64,000 nucleotides of DNA from Macrostomum lignano (GCA_002269645.1 NIVC01003955.1:3788-67787); one strand, 5' to 3'; shown: positions 24,621 through 37,000, counted from the stretch's first letter. Notes: generated from the sequence alone by a model not told the origin. Translations and numbers: made by a program.

Positions 24621-27600
24621 ATGCAGTGCGTTTGTAAGTATTATTTTGCTTTAATGAATTTTCATTTTTCAAAAGGCTGAATCAATTGTATTAATTTGAC
24701 TGTCTGGATCAATTTTAGTCATATTGCTGCTTGCTATTTCGGCGGCACAAGCTTCCGTCTCGGTGATTCGGACGAGCAACGATGGACGGCACCCCACTTT
24801 TATGGAGATTGAAGTTCAGCTTCCGGAAACGAATAAAAAAGCTCGGATCCCGCTGATCAGGACTAACATATTGGACAATGCGCCTATCACGGTGATAGAA
24901 AATGGCATAGCAAGGACATTCTCAGGCGAACAAGCTCATCATGGTGACCACGCTCACTATCGAGACATTAAGACTAAGTCCACCATTAGTGTTCGGATTC
25001 AAAACAAAGATACACGTATAAACGGTCACGTCATGCACGAAGGTACCGCCTACTTCATTACTAACAGCAGCGTAGCAAAGACTGCAGGCAGTATCAAATC
25101 GCACAAGATCAATATAGATCAGGTTTTGAGCCGCAAGAAGCGACAGGGGAATCAAGCAGCTACGGAGTACGAGGTTGAGCTCCTCATCCTTTGCGACCAC
25201 ACGGTGTGGAATTTGTTTAAAACAGTTTACGGAAACGATGACAAGGCGTTGACGGAACTTCACTTTTATTACACGCACATTTTGAATGGCATGGACACAG
25301 CGTTTAGGAACATCGGACAGCCGTCAATCAGTGTCAAGTGCGTCGGTCTCACGGTGGCTAAGACTCTGGCAGATGTGAAATGGATGTCAAAATCGGGACC
25401 CTACTATGGTAATCCTGTGTCCACTTTTATGCGTTGTTTTGGGCACCTACACTTACAAAAATTGAGCGTAATGTACGTAATAATTGCGTATATAAGTTAC
25501 TTTTTCAATTCCACTTAATAAAAACGCAAGAAAACATGTTGCAAAGCGAAACTTCAAGAATAGCGTTTCTGACCGCAGAACGTCCCTTAGATTACAAAGG
25601 GCAGCCCACACAAAAATTATCGAAACCAAACTGCTGCGGTAGACAAACTGCTATTACATCGGCAACTCTGTAGTAAACTCGTAGTATGTCGGGTGCGTCG
25701 GCGGTAGTTACCCTAATCTATGATGCACCAACTAAAATATCTTAATGAAGTCCAAAAGCTCGTCAGCTAGTGATAAAATATCTGTTTTTGTGAAATGAAG
25801 ACAGAAAATACTCTACCATGTGGCACGTATATGGAGCGTTATTATAGGAGCACAGCACTAACGATCCTCAGGTTGTAGCAATTATACTGAACAATTTTAT
25901 AGTTAATATTTATCGAAAAACTATCAGTCTTCCTAGTTCACAGCACTCTTTACTCGGTAGAAAGGACCACTAGAAGAACGGTAACTTCTAGTGGTCCTGC
26001 TCGGTAGTTCTACAGTTGAAAAAAATCAGATTTTAGATTTTATGTAAGAATAATTCCCGTTCAAAAATGACCCACACCCCTTTGTTTTAGCAGATACAAA
26101 TGCCGAAGTCGACTTTTATTACATGATGGCCTACGCGAAGGACAAGCCAGCTGATCACGTGATGGCGTTCACGCGCAGTGACATTCGTTTTAATGAAGCA
26201 GGTTCTGAAATCGCCGGAGTGGCATTATTTGCCGGCGCTTGCAGCGACCAACGGCTGAGCATAGTCAAGGATGAGGGGCTGCACAGCTGGGGCGTCGCGG
26301 CGCACGAGCTGGCACACAGTTTGGGCGCGGACCACGACGACAACAAGCCACAGTGCGAGAAATGGCGCAAGTTTATTCAGACGCCTGTGCTTAGCGACTA
26401 CAGTATTGGTGACGTGGCGAACTCCTACCGGTTTTCGAAGTGCAGTGTGGAAGAAATGAAGAGCTTCCTAAGCACAAGTATGCAACAAATAAGATATCTA
26501 TAAGTACTGTATGAGGGGGTTGTAGCCTAGTGAGGGGGTTGTAGCCTAGTGAGGGGGTTGTAGCCTAGTGAGGGGGTTGTAGCCTAGTGAGGGGGTTGTA
26601 GCCTAGTGAGGGGGTTGTAGCCTAGTGAGGGGGTTGTAGCCTAGTGAGGGGGTTGTAGCCTAGTGAGGGGGTTGTAGCCTAGTGAGGGGGTTGTAGCCTA
26701 GTGAGGGGGTTGTAGCCTAGTGAGGGGGTTGTAGCCTAGTGAGGGGGTTGTAGCCTAGTGAGGGGGTTGCAGCCTAGTGAGGGGGTTGTAGCCTAGTGAG
26801 GGGGTTGTAGCCTAGTGAGGGGGTTGTAGCCTAGTGAGGGGGTTGTAGCCTAGTGAGGGGGTTGTAGCCTAGTGAGGGGGTTGTAGCCTAGTGAGGGGGT
26901 TGTAGCCTAGTGGTTAGTGTCGGACTTATGATTGAAAGGTCGGGGGTACGATTCCCGATCCCACTGGAACAATTTGTTTCCTTGAGAAAGACACTTAACT
27001 CTACATTGCTTCAGTTCCACCCAGCTGTAAAATGGGTGTGTTTGGGTGTGTGTGGTGACCCCCCCCCCAGTCCTTGGACTGAACAGCCGTACGCAGCCTT
27101 CAATGCGCGGCGCAATAGCTGCGGCTGAGCTGTCAGTCGCACATCTGGCCCAATTGGGGCAGGTGTGATCAATTATTAATAAATTAATTGTACGACAAGA
27201 TTATAACAAATTATATAATAACTGAGTGACCTAGACCCGGCCCACCACCCCCGCATCAACGCACAAAAGCCACGTCTCACTGGTTTAACACCAAATCAAG
27301 CAACGCCCGGTCGGATCACAAATTATCTATTAAATTTTGAATGAAGTTTAGCTGGGAAACTAAGTGAAAAAAACTTCAGGATTAAATGTTCTATTATATT
27401 CATACAAATACTAAGTATATTTCTAACTAAATTCAACCATTCCTAGAAAACGCCACCTGTTTAAAAAGTCGCCAAAGCACCGCTAAAGCTGTTCTGACCT
27501 CGAACGCGAGCGAAGGCGCCCGGTTGACCCTCGATCAAGTCTGCCGGCTGGCTTTTCCTTCAACTCCTGGTCATTTTTACCTCCAAACAGCGAGTTTAAT

Positions 27601-27958
27601 GACTCCAGCTGCAATCTGCGCAAAAATTCATTGCTCGCTGACCGAGCTCGCCTTGAAGCCGGTGACGAAGAGCGGACTAAGAGCCCCGGTCGGCACGCCG
27701 TGTGGAAACAAGCGAAGCTGCAATTGGAACGGCCAATGCACGGCTGATTTCGCTGCTCCGTCAGCCGGCTCATCCTTCTGGGGCAACCAGTTGGTATCTT
27801 CACTTTGTAGTGACTTTCTTAAGTATGTTCTTGGCTTGATTCCAAAATTTGGTACCGCCAAAGCCCTGACTGTTTGCTATAAACTGGTTAGATATTGTGG
27901 GAGTAAGAAATTTTTTCGGCTGGTCTGCGTTCGTCTGGCGAAACAAATTCTGAATTGA
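24621..27958 (+). CDS. ADAMTS-like M12B (reprolysin) metalloprotease without TSP1 repeats, ~533 aa (exons 24621-24633, 24719-25408, 26091-26477, 27447-27958)
   Basis: Spliced signal peptide MQCVFILLLAISAAQA; furin site RKKR; YEVELLILCD; AAHELAHSLGADHD zinc motif; FSKCS; disintegrin-like DQVC..C..GTPCGNKRSC..GQC; all introns phase 1, total 1602 nt. Confidence 0.9.
25961..25999. mobile_element. Ultra-short hAT-type MITE remnant (39 bp)
   Basis: Perfect 14-bp inverted repeat aggaccactagaag/cttctagtggtcct, flanked by the 8-bp direct repeat ctcggtag (25953-25960, 26000-26007). Confidence 0.65.
26513..26911 (+). repeat. 21 x 19-bp tandem (gagggggttgtagcctagt) derived from the 5' end of the adjacent SINE
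   Basis: Last unit runs directly into the SINE head (..tagcctagtggttagtg..). Confidence 0.97.
26893..27185 (+). mobile_element. tRNA-derived CORE-like SINE in intron 3 of the protease gene
   Basis: A-box-like tagcctagtgg, B-box-like ggtacgattccc, CORE-like ccttgagaaagacacttaac..ccagctgtaaaatggg, AT-rich tail; second copy at 10187. Confidence 0.85.
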
Positions 27959-28886
27959 TGAAGACCTCCTCTTCGCTTGGAGACGACTAACTTATTTTGT
28001 TAAAGGAAACTGGATAACTAATCAAAAACATGTTAAAAGATTGTCATGGACAAGTTATAAGCCTCGCAAATCGTACTTAAAGTTTTTATATTAATTTTAT
28101 TTAAATACGCAATTTTTTTCTGCTATTACGGGCAATAAATTGTTAATATCTCTTAAACCTCGCACACATTTGAGTTGCAAGTCTTTGTTTCCGAAAAACT
28201 GAATAAAAAGGAAAGGAAAATGCACAAAAACACACATGCAGCAGAGTAGAGGACGTAGTATATAATCGCTACGAATAGTACGAGCATAGAAAAAATGCTG
28301 CGTAACTAACACACTTTATCGAAGCAAAAGCACACATTTTCATTGAAATATTTCATGTTATGCAGCGAAAGTTCACATTACACAGGTAGCAGGAGCTAGG
28401 GGGAGAGATGCTGCGCGACAGTCTGGCTGTGAACTGAGTCTGTGTGAACTCGGGAAGAAACGGGGAAGCGGGGAGGCGCAGAACCTCCACAAAAAAGCAG
28501 AATTCAATTTCAACTTGAAGCGAAGATGCTTGATGCCAGATTTATTTAATTCAAGTGATTCTTTCCGCTTTTCCGGAGACTTCAAGCTTCAAATGCATCA
28601 TGACAGCCATGCAAAAACAGATCATACACTGATGCACAGCACTGTAATGAAGTTTGCGGGTCACAATGTGCAACTATTTGCTTCACCGATCTCTGGAAAA
28701 AATTGTGGCACTGTTAATGAATGGGTGAAAGTAGAAACCTCATGAGATAGTTAGCTGCTCGACCACATATTTGATATTGCTTTTCTGCTCACTCAATCGG
28801 TCTTGAACCCTTGCCTTCGTGTTGCCGAAGTCTCCACCGATTCCAGCGTTCTTGAAGTGGAGCGACAACATTTTTTAATCGATTTT

Positions 28887-31800
28887 TCATTTTGGGTGAG
28901 AAATTGTTTCTACTAGCAGCATCTTCACCACTTCCAGCTGATTCGCTCTCGCAGCGTATTTAGCTGCTTCCATACACAGCTGATGTCTTCGACCCTTGTC
29001 AGCAAATGCTTGTACCAGAAACTTTACCACAGCTAACTGACCATTGGTTGCAGCTAGTCGAGCTGTCTCAATGCAGCAAATGTCCCTCATGCATTTCTCA
29101 GAAATCGCCTGCACGAGAAACTTCACCACGTCCAACTGACCCTTGCTTGCTGCAGATGCCGCAGCCATCAAGCAACACTGGTCTCTTGTACTTTGTTCAG
29201 CAATCGTTTGCACGAGAAACTTCACCACGTCCAACTGACCCTTGCTTGCTGCAGATGCCGCAACTCTCAAGCAACACTGGTCTCTCGTTCTTTGGTCAGT
29301 AATTGTCTGGACAAGGAACTTCACAACATCCAACTGACCCTTGATAGCAGCAAAATTTGCCGCCATGATGCAGCACCGTTCTTTCATTTTTTGATCGTAG
29401 GCAGTCTTTACCAGGGTTTCAACAACTTCCCACTGACTCTTTCTAGCTGCATATCGCACAGTTTTAATAAAAAAGAGTTTCTCTTTACGTTGCGAAGACG
29501 TTGAGATCTGATAACCAACGGATTTTTCTTCACTACGCGAGCGTTTTGAATTCTCAGACGGAGACCTAAAAGTGAAAAAAGATGTCTATATTGGAGAAAA
29601 CAGCAATTTTCATATATTCCAGCAAGAAAAATTAATGAAAAATCTCAACTGAAACTCTTGTTTGATGAAAATTCCACCAACATTTTTTGTCTATTGGTTT
29701 TTAGTCCCACAGTTTGGTTGATTAAAACAACTTACATTCTTGTTGGCAAATTTTCCGATGATTTCTGCTCTGTCGCAAGTTCGTCCGGTTTAGAACACTG
29801 GCCTTTCTGTTCTGGAGTTGCTACCTGTGGTATCGCATCATCAGCACTACAGTTTCAAGTTTTTTTATTCTATTTATAAATTACGATTCAATACGCGGTA
29901 CTAAAACTAATGCATTATCACACCTTACATCTGGAGATTCCGACTTCTCCAGCACTGCGCGTACAGCCGTTTGCCCTTTGTGTTCCGCCACATCTAGCGG
30001 AGTCGCATTGCAAAAGTTCACTTTATCCAAGGATGCGCCGTGCCTTCGTAAAAGCTTAATAACTTCCAGATTTCCAACAGAAGCTGCTAGATGTAGAGGC
30101 GTGTTCCCCTCCAGATCCGAGGCGTTCACATCGGCATTCAGTTGAAGCAGCCGCTCTGCGCACTTTACCAGCCATTTACTTGAAGGCCGCAAGCCTCCAC
30201 TGGCTGCCACCGTGAGGGGAGTTCTGCCCTCCCAGTCTCTCCAGTTACAGTTAACACTGTTGACTCTTTTACAAAATTCTTTCTTCTTGGCTTGGCTGAT
30301 GAGGCAGTTCAGCTTCTCGGCTTCCTGAAATGGTTCAAGAATACGAATTATTGTTTTGCATGCAGTTTTATTAAATGAATCTTTTGCAAAGCACCGAAAA
30401 TGCATTCTTACCGAAATTGACTCCTCGTTCAATTGAAATTTTTCTCTGAAAGGTTTTTTACGAATTAAAATTGTAATGAAAAGACTAACATGGTTTTTAA
30501 ATTAATATAAAAACGAACGAAACATTAAAAACAGAATGTATACTAAAGTACCTACATTGTTTATAAAGAACTGATAATTGTAGATAGATATAAAGATCAT
30601 CAAAACAGTAAGTTTTTTACTTACTGCAGAAGAAACAGGCAGATGTCTTGGTAACCCTGCTTCCAGGCCGACCAGTAAATGCTGGCATAATTCTTAGCAT
30701 TGTTTTCAAGCAGAATTTGCGGCTCATGCTTCGCAAGAATGCGCACTAGGTCAAGATTTCCAGCAGAAACAGCCATGCCCAAGGCTGAGCAACCAGAATT
30801 GTCCGTGATCTGGTCGGTCGCTCCATTATCTAACAAGATCTCTGTTAGCTGAGAATTCTCTTCTTCCACTGCAAGCAGCAATGGCGTCATAGAGCTATTA
30901 TCTGTGCCGTTGATATCTACACCCAATTTTCTTTCCAACAAGTTGCTCAGTAGAGCATCGTTGCCTGACAGGACGGCGCAGTGCAAGGCGGAGTGCCTCC
31001 GGCTGTCAGTGGCTCTGAGATAGGCTCCTTTGCTAATGAGCATTTTGGCAAATTCGACATGCGCCTCAGAGCCTTCACAAAAGCCTGTGACTGACGCAGC
31101 TGCGGCGCAAAGCAGAGGCGTGCGACCAGGAAATGCTTCGTGTTGATGATGCAGCACCGAAAGCAGATGGGAGTCGGGGATTTGAGCTAGTTGTAATGTG
31201 TCACCAACGGCTGCAAGACGATGGAGAGCGCGTGGAGTCTGAAATTGCATATGGAGCGTATTATAATTAATTGGCAAACATTGCACAGATCTTTGTAATT
31301 GCCTGAATATTTGTTTATTAAGAACCAATTAAAGCATCAAACTTACTAGCAATGATTCATCACCACCGAACTGAGTTTCGGCCTCCTCAGCACTGAAATG
31401 GTACGAAGGCAGCACAGATTTTAAATTCGCATATTGGATTTGGATTTGGTTAAAAGAAAGTCTAGCATAAACAGCATGCATGAGAAACCAGCTTACATTT
31501 TAGCTGCTACTTGCAGCAAGATAACAGTATTTCGGCATGGCACAGTGAAGCATTCCAGTTGAAACGAGTAGTTTTGAGCAAGCTGTTTACCCTGTGACAC
31601 TGCAACACGCAGGAACTGGTCGTCGCAGAACTCACTCAACACCTGTTCCGCTGACAGAACCCCAGTATCGTGCAAACGGTCTTCTTTTTCGTACTTAAAC
31701 AAAATGATTCGAACATTTAATTGAGATTTATTCGATTCCAGTCGAATTCGAGTTGCATCATGGTTCGGTAGTCGTTTGCGTTGATTTTCAACTGCTTTTC

Positions 31801-32551
31801 CAGTTCTCAGATACCATTCGCAGGTGCTGAGTTCGTTGAACAGAATGCACAGATAGACTGGTGCAGACATTTCCGAACTTTTAAGGATGCAGTTTCTGAA
31901 CTTTTCATCCAACGCTTCTTCTCCGTTTAGACAGGAAACGATAGCAAGTCTCATCGAACACCACGGCAGATCTCCCCTCTGTACCGAGATTTCTCCAGTG
32001 TTCAAGTCTAAAAGCGACTCCAAATGAGTTTCTTCTGGAACTTTCAGCAGATGACAAAAGACAAATGCCGAGGCGAGAAAATGCTTCACTAAAATATGAT
32101 CAAGAAGCTTAGGCAGTACAGATGAGTTCAGGAGTAGTTCGGCCGTGTTTGGATCGATTTGAATTCTCAATTGCTTGATTCCAGTCGCTTTATTCAAAAG
32201 CGATACGATTCTGCACAAGTCACTTAGCACTGGAGGGAACGTTTGATTTAATCGCTGAATCGAATTCGACAAACCAGCAAAGCACACTTTAACCGAGTAC
32301 AATGATGATACCAAAACGCATAGCGACTGGTCAGGTTTAAAACTATCTTGCGAGTCCTGATCATTTAAATCGGAAAAAATGATCTCACAATTTGCGTCCT
32401 GGCTGTCTGAAGTCGTCAACACGGTCAGTCTTAGGTCTGGGCTCGACTCAGATCTGTGAATTTCACTCAGCTGCATTTGAGAAGCCCCAGAAATGTTACA
32501 CAGTGCCAGAAGGTTGCGTCTGATGTCCTCACATGGTTGCAGTAGATTCAT
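28887..32551 (-). CDS. Ankyrin-repeat protein 1, ~1008 aa: unknown ~350-aa N-domain, two ANK blocks, C-terminal 37-aa helical repeats (exons 32551-31497, 31392-31347, 31238-30625, 30445-29924, 29846-29736, 29565-28887)
   Basis: GRTPLLCAA, GNTPLHLAA, GMTPLL-type ANK motifs; phase-consistent GT-AG chain totalling 3027 nt; repeats like ITDQRTRDQCCLRVAASAASKGQLDVVKFLVQ. Confidence 0.8.
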
Positions 32552-33292
32552 AGTTTATGTTATCGTTTGACAGCTAGAAATCTAAAGTGGCTAGAACTGG
32601 TATTATGCTTTTTAGAGCTGCAACATTTTCGGTTTTATATGCACGTGATACTGCTGCAGAAAATATATTTTCGTCACTGCAGTGCCACTATCTAGAAACT
32701 TCTAGGAAAAATAGTGAAGAGCTGGTCCGGAGTAAAACCAGTTAACTGCGTGTTGGAAGGGTTGTGTCGGTTTTTCCGAGCGGAAGAAATTTCTTGAATC
32801 TTCTATTCAATGCTGTACAGAGAATGCCATGGATATACGCGCGTGGGGTAAAAATTTCTCCAACCCATGCGCGCTGTGGAAAAACACAGGAATGCGAAGG
32901 AGACGAAGTCATGGGGCAGAGGTTTTTGCTAGAAGACTGTACAGACGACGAACGAGATAGCAAGAGTGTAGTACACTTGATCAAGTGTACATTTGAAGCG
33001 TCCATAAAGCTTTGCCTCCTGTACCTAAGTAAAGAAGGCTCTGCATTCAGCGTATTTGGCAGTATATTTAAACAAAAATTTATAAAAATTGTTCATAAAA
33101 TAGTTTTTACTTACCAAGATACTTTTTGAAAAAGTTTTAAAACGGTTCCATTTTAACTTCACGGTGAGTTTCACGCATTGACAAATGCTTGTTACTTGCA
33201 CAGAAACTTAAAGTAACAAGGTACAAAAGAAAAAAAATACGCTTTACTATTTAACTTATCGAGATGTATTTACTTTTATACTTACTTTGCAG

Positions 33293-34537
33293 ATGGATAA
33301 TCAAGAATTTCGAATATTTGAGACAAAACTGACGGAAAGAGCAGTCGAAGAAATTGAAGGACTGATGGAACATGAATGCTTTAGAAATTGTTCAAAGCTA
33401 AAACGTAGCGTCGCTTTGATGGTCGTTCTCACCTATGAGCCAAATCAAGATAAGCCGTTTTTTCAACTTCACAAGAGGCTTGCAAGTCTGTTTACGTCAT
33501 TGACCTCAGCACACCAAGGTCAAGAGCAGCGCATATCATTCCGTAGACCTATAATCCGGAGAAATCAAGGTCTAATAATAATGGATGAAATGGTGGAACA
33601 ATGCCTGTGCACTTGGTTGTACGACGACTTGGCCGTGTCAGTAGACATACCAAATAACTATAACAAGGCCTTCCAGTCGTCAATGATGTACATGATCGTC
33701 GCAGATATTCATCGCTATTTTTCTGCTCGCTTCGAAGACCCGCTCGCAGCAGTTGAAATTCCTTGCTTTCTCGATACGTTTCTTAACAGCAGCGTCAACA
33801 ATCAAGGGAACTTGGGCGCCTTAGTTGGAGAATACGTCGCCCTAAACGTTATATGCTTCGAAAGCCAGCGCCTTGAGGACAACTACAGCTATAGCTGCGA
33901 GACGTACAAGTTCGACTTTGCTATCAACGATGGAACACAGGAAACCAAAGTCTCAGTTAAAAGTGTCAATTTTTCTCCCGTTCAACACTTTGAGAACCCA
34001 CGAGGCTTTGATCTCTGGGACCCGAATCGAACATGCGACACCGCAAAAATGGTGAGAGTTGCAGAGGGCGAAAATGTGCTGCTTCACAGCTGCGACTGTG
34101 AGCCTTGCACTCGAGGGCCACTTCAGCGAATCGTCATCAGACAGTCAATGATCACCGGCAATGCAGTGTCTTTAAAAAATTTAAAGTGCGAACGCAGGGA
34201 AACTTTAGAAAAAGTGATTACCAATTGGTTGCCAAAGGACGCATTCGTGAGAGATTCGGACTCGAATTCAACCGGATCAGATGAGTCTGACGATGAAGAT
34301 TCCGACGATGGCGATGAGGATCAGGACAATGGAGATCCCGAATTAGTAGTCGTCACTTTGGTGGCAGCTAGGATGTTCTTTGAACTACGATACGCTCTCT
34401 GTAGCTTTCAGCAGAACAGGTTTAGACATCCGATGCGTTTTAGACTGCGAGAAAACCTCATCGGCTCCATGGGGCAAATAGGCCCGACTATCAGCTCGAT
34501 GCCCGGTTTGATAGATAGATCTGCTGCTTTCCAATAA
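33293..34537 (+). CDS. Unknown 414-aa protein, paralog of 43764-45074; candidate PD-(D/E)xK-like nuclease with H-x-C-x-C-x2-C motif and acidic insert
   Basis: Long uninterrupted ORF; ATG directly after a ttgcag acceptor; shares VEIPC..D.F..SS.NNQ, ET..(F/Y)DF.I, VSVKS.NF, VLLH.C.C and F(E/D)LR(Y/F)A with the paralog; function is inference. Confidence 0.8.
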   Translation: MDNQEFRIFETKLTERAVEEIEGLMEHECFRNCSKLKRSVALMVVLTYEPNQDKPFFQLHKRLASLFTSLTSAHQGQEQRISFRRPIIRRNQGLIIMDEMVEQCLCTWLYDDLAVSVDIPNNYNKAFQSSMMYMIVADIHRYFSARFEDPLAAVEIPCFLDTFLNSSVNNQGNLGALVGEYVALNVICFESQRLEDNYSYSCETYKFDFAINDGTQETKVSVKSVNFSPVQHFENPRGFDLWDPNRTCDTAKMVRVAEGENVLLHSCDCEPCTRGPLQRIVIRQSMITGNAVSLKNLKCERRETLEKVITNWLPKDAFVRDSDSNSTGSDESDDEDSDDGDEDQDNGDPELVVVTLVAARMFFELRYALCSFQQNRFRHPMRFRLRENLIGSMGQIGPTISSMPGLIDRSAAFQ

Positions 34538-35235
34538 TTAATAGACACTTTATGATTTGCTCAGAAGCAAGAACTACTACAAATCATTCATGAATATTTT
34601 ACTGCATCTATATTTATTCATGTAACATCCTACCTAACTATCTAATGATTCGTTAACTTATAACTGTGAAACGTTTTTAATAGTGATATTTCACATGTTA
34701 AGATTCCATCGAACGTAAGCGCCAAACAACAGATGAACATATTTTTATGTAAATTTAAACACTGTTTTCTAAGATGTTTAATCGTATACTGCTACGCTGG
34801 TAACACACTTTTTTAGCCATTTGACGGCAGCTTTTTCTGCGCTGTCAGTGTAATTTTCTGTATACTAGCAAGTTAGCAACTACAAGAACAGATCTAGTAA
34901 TTTGCAAATCGAAGCTACGTGCTGTCGCAACTGATGCTGTGCTACCGAATTCTAGGAAACTGCTCCGAAACATTTTAATAAATTTATGATAAGCACCAAA
35001 TTGAGTAGCTCCAGTGTTAAGGTTCCTGACTTCAATTCTGCGTTTGAGCTGATCACATATTAATTTGGCGATTCTTCTTGCTAGGAAATCGGCCGCTGGA
35101 TGGTCGTGCGATCCACGCTCGGGAGGGTCAACCCTAGCTAAAAAAGTGCGCTGTGTCAGTTGTATGTTAATCGGAAATGCAAAATCAGGACCGCGTTCAT
35201 TAGCCGTGTTTGTGTCGGGCAGTGAACTGCATAGC

Positions 35236-36048
35236 AGTGACGTACCCAGCGGGGAGCCAGGAGTGTCGCTTCCCCCATAATCGTCCCACAATGCCGATAA
35301 TAAGAGACAGGGGTGCCGACAATAAGAGACATGCAGGGGTGCCGACAATTAGAGACAGGGGTGCCGACAATAAGAGACATGCAGGGGTGCCGACAATAAG
35401 AGACAGGGGTGCCGACAATAAGAGACAGGGGTGCCGACAATAAGAGACAGGGGTGCCGACAATAAGAGACAGGGGTGCCGACAATAAGAGACAGGGGTGC
35501 CGACAATTAGAGACAGGGGTGCCGACAATTAGAGACAGGGGTGCCGACAATTAGAGACAGGGGTGCCGACAATTAGAGACAGGGGTGCCGACAATTAGAG
35601 ACAGGGGTGCCGACAATAAGAGACAGGGGTGCCGACAATTAGAGACAGGGGTGTCGACAATTAGAGACAGGGGTGCCGACAATAAGAGACAGGGGTGCCG
35701 ACAATAAGAGACCGGAGTGCCGACAATTAGAGACAGGGGTGCCGACAATTAGAGACAGGGGTGCCGACAATTAGAGACAGGGGTGCCGACAATTAGAGAC
35801 CGGGGTGCCGACAATAAGAGACAGGGGTGCCGACAATAAGAGACAGGGGTGCCGACAATTAGAGACCGGGGTGCCGACAATAAGAGACAGGGGTGCCGAC
35901 AATAAGGGACCGGGGTGCCGACAATTAGAGACAGGGGTGCCGATAATTAGAGACAGACAGGTGTGCAGACAATTAGTGACAGCGACAGGGGTACCCACCA
36001 AGACAGCAAATATTGGCGCCCCTCCAATTAAACTCTTATCTACGTCAC
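35236..36048. mobile_element. TIR-bounded MITE-like element carrying a minisatellite
   Basis: agtgacgta (35236-35244) and tacgtcact (36040-36048) are perfect inverted termini; subterminal ggcgccc; no clear TSD. Confidence 0.55.
35306..35950. repeat. 22-bp minisatellite (ggggtgccgacaat(t/a)agagaca), ~29 copies
   Basis: Direct tandem array. Confidence 0.98.
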
Positions 36049-36236
36049 TTGCGGTTGTACGCTTAGTGGTCAGCGTAATTTACGTTACATGTTAACTGCT
36101 TGCGTTTTCGCTGCCCGCGGGTCGACTGTAGCTTTGATTTGCTGCATTTGCTGCAGAAATAGCTAATGGTTAAAAGGATCTCAGCTCTAAGTCATTTGGT
36201 TTATACATGAAAATAAACGAGCTACTAGTTTATATT

Positions 36237-36793
36237 TGTAACGGGATCCATGGAATTGTGGATTGTACAAACCAGATAGCAAAGAAGAATAGCTTTGGCT
36301 TATGGCACATTGGTTTCACACTCTTAGATACCCCGGTAATACGAACAGCAGGCAAGTAAAAGTCTATGGGACGAAGCAGCGCGAGGGCTGTGGAAAGCGA
36401 CCCCTAGGAAACAAAATAAGTTTATTTGGCTATTTTCACGCAAGGTAATTGGCAAGGAACGTAGGAAATAAACAGGCGAGCAAACGATAATAAAAGAAGA
36501 AAAAGCAGAGTTAAAAAAAACTTTGAGCTGCAAAAGCCAGGGCGAGCGACGTGGCACAGAGGGCGGCGCGCAGCTATTTAAGCGAGTGAGCAAACCCCCG
36601 CACCCCACGTGGAGGGGTAGAGTGGACGACGCACAAAGACAGCACAAAGTACAGCGCAAGGAGGGGTGGAAGGGGTGGGGATGGCTAACACCCATTTCAC
36701 TCCAGGCTCACAAAATGAGCCCTAAGAGAAATGGAGACATACTACCGACAATATTCACAGAAGACGCAGCAAGTTTTGACATTCTTTGTCACA
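36237..36793 (-). mobile_element. Possible solo LTR
   Basis: TGTAAC..GTCACA termini; on minus strand a TATA-like ttaaatag (~36575) precedes AATAAA (~36420); no TSD seen. Confidence 0.4.
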
Positions 36794-37000
36794 ACTACTG
36801 TTATTAATGCTAATGTTTAGTATATACCATAGATCCTATATAATCTTTGGTATATACAACTGTATACGTTCATTCGAAAAGTGTTAGTGAAAAAAATTAT
36901 TGAATAGAGATTACGTAAATACTCAATAATGTTTATGCCCCATCTGGTATAAAGGCAAGTCCTCGCATGATTTGCAAACCAAAAAATCAATTTCACGCAG

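Noticed and set aside
26513-26911. CRISPR-like appearance of regular short repeats (also 35306-35950, 45513-46118, 61933-63020)
   Set aside because: Units are contiguous with no unique spacers, there are no cas genes, and the context is eukaryotic; these are minisatellites
32764-33129. 121-aa ORF in the ANK1/N1 spacer as a third cassette gene
   Set aside because: No counterpart recognisable in the second spacer and no motif; may be a UTR or upstream exon
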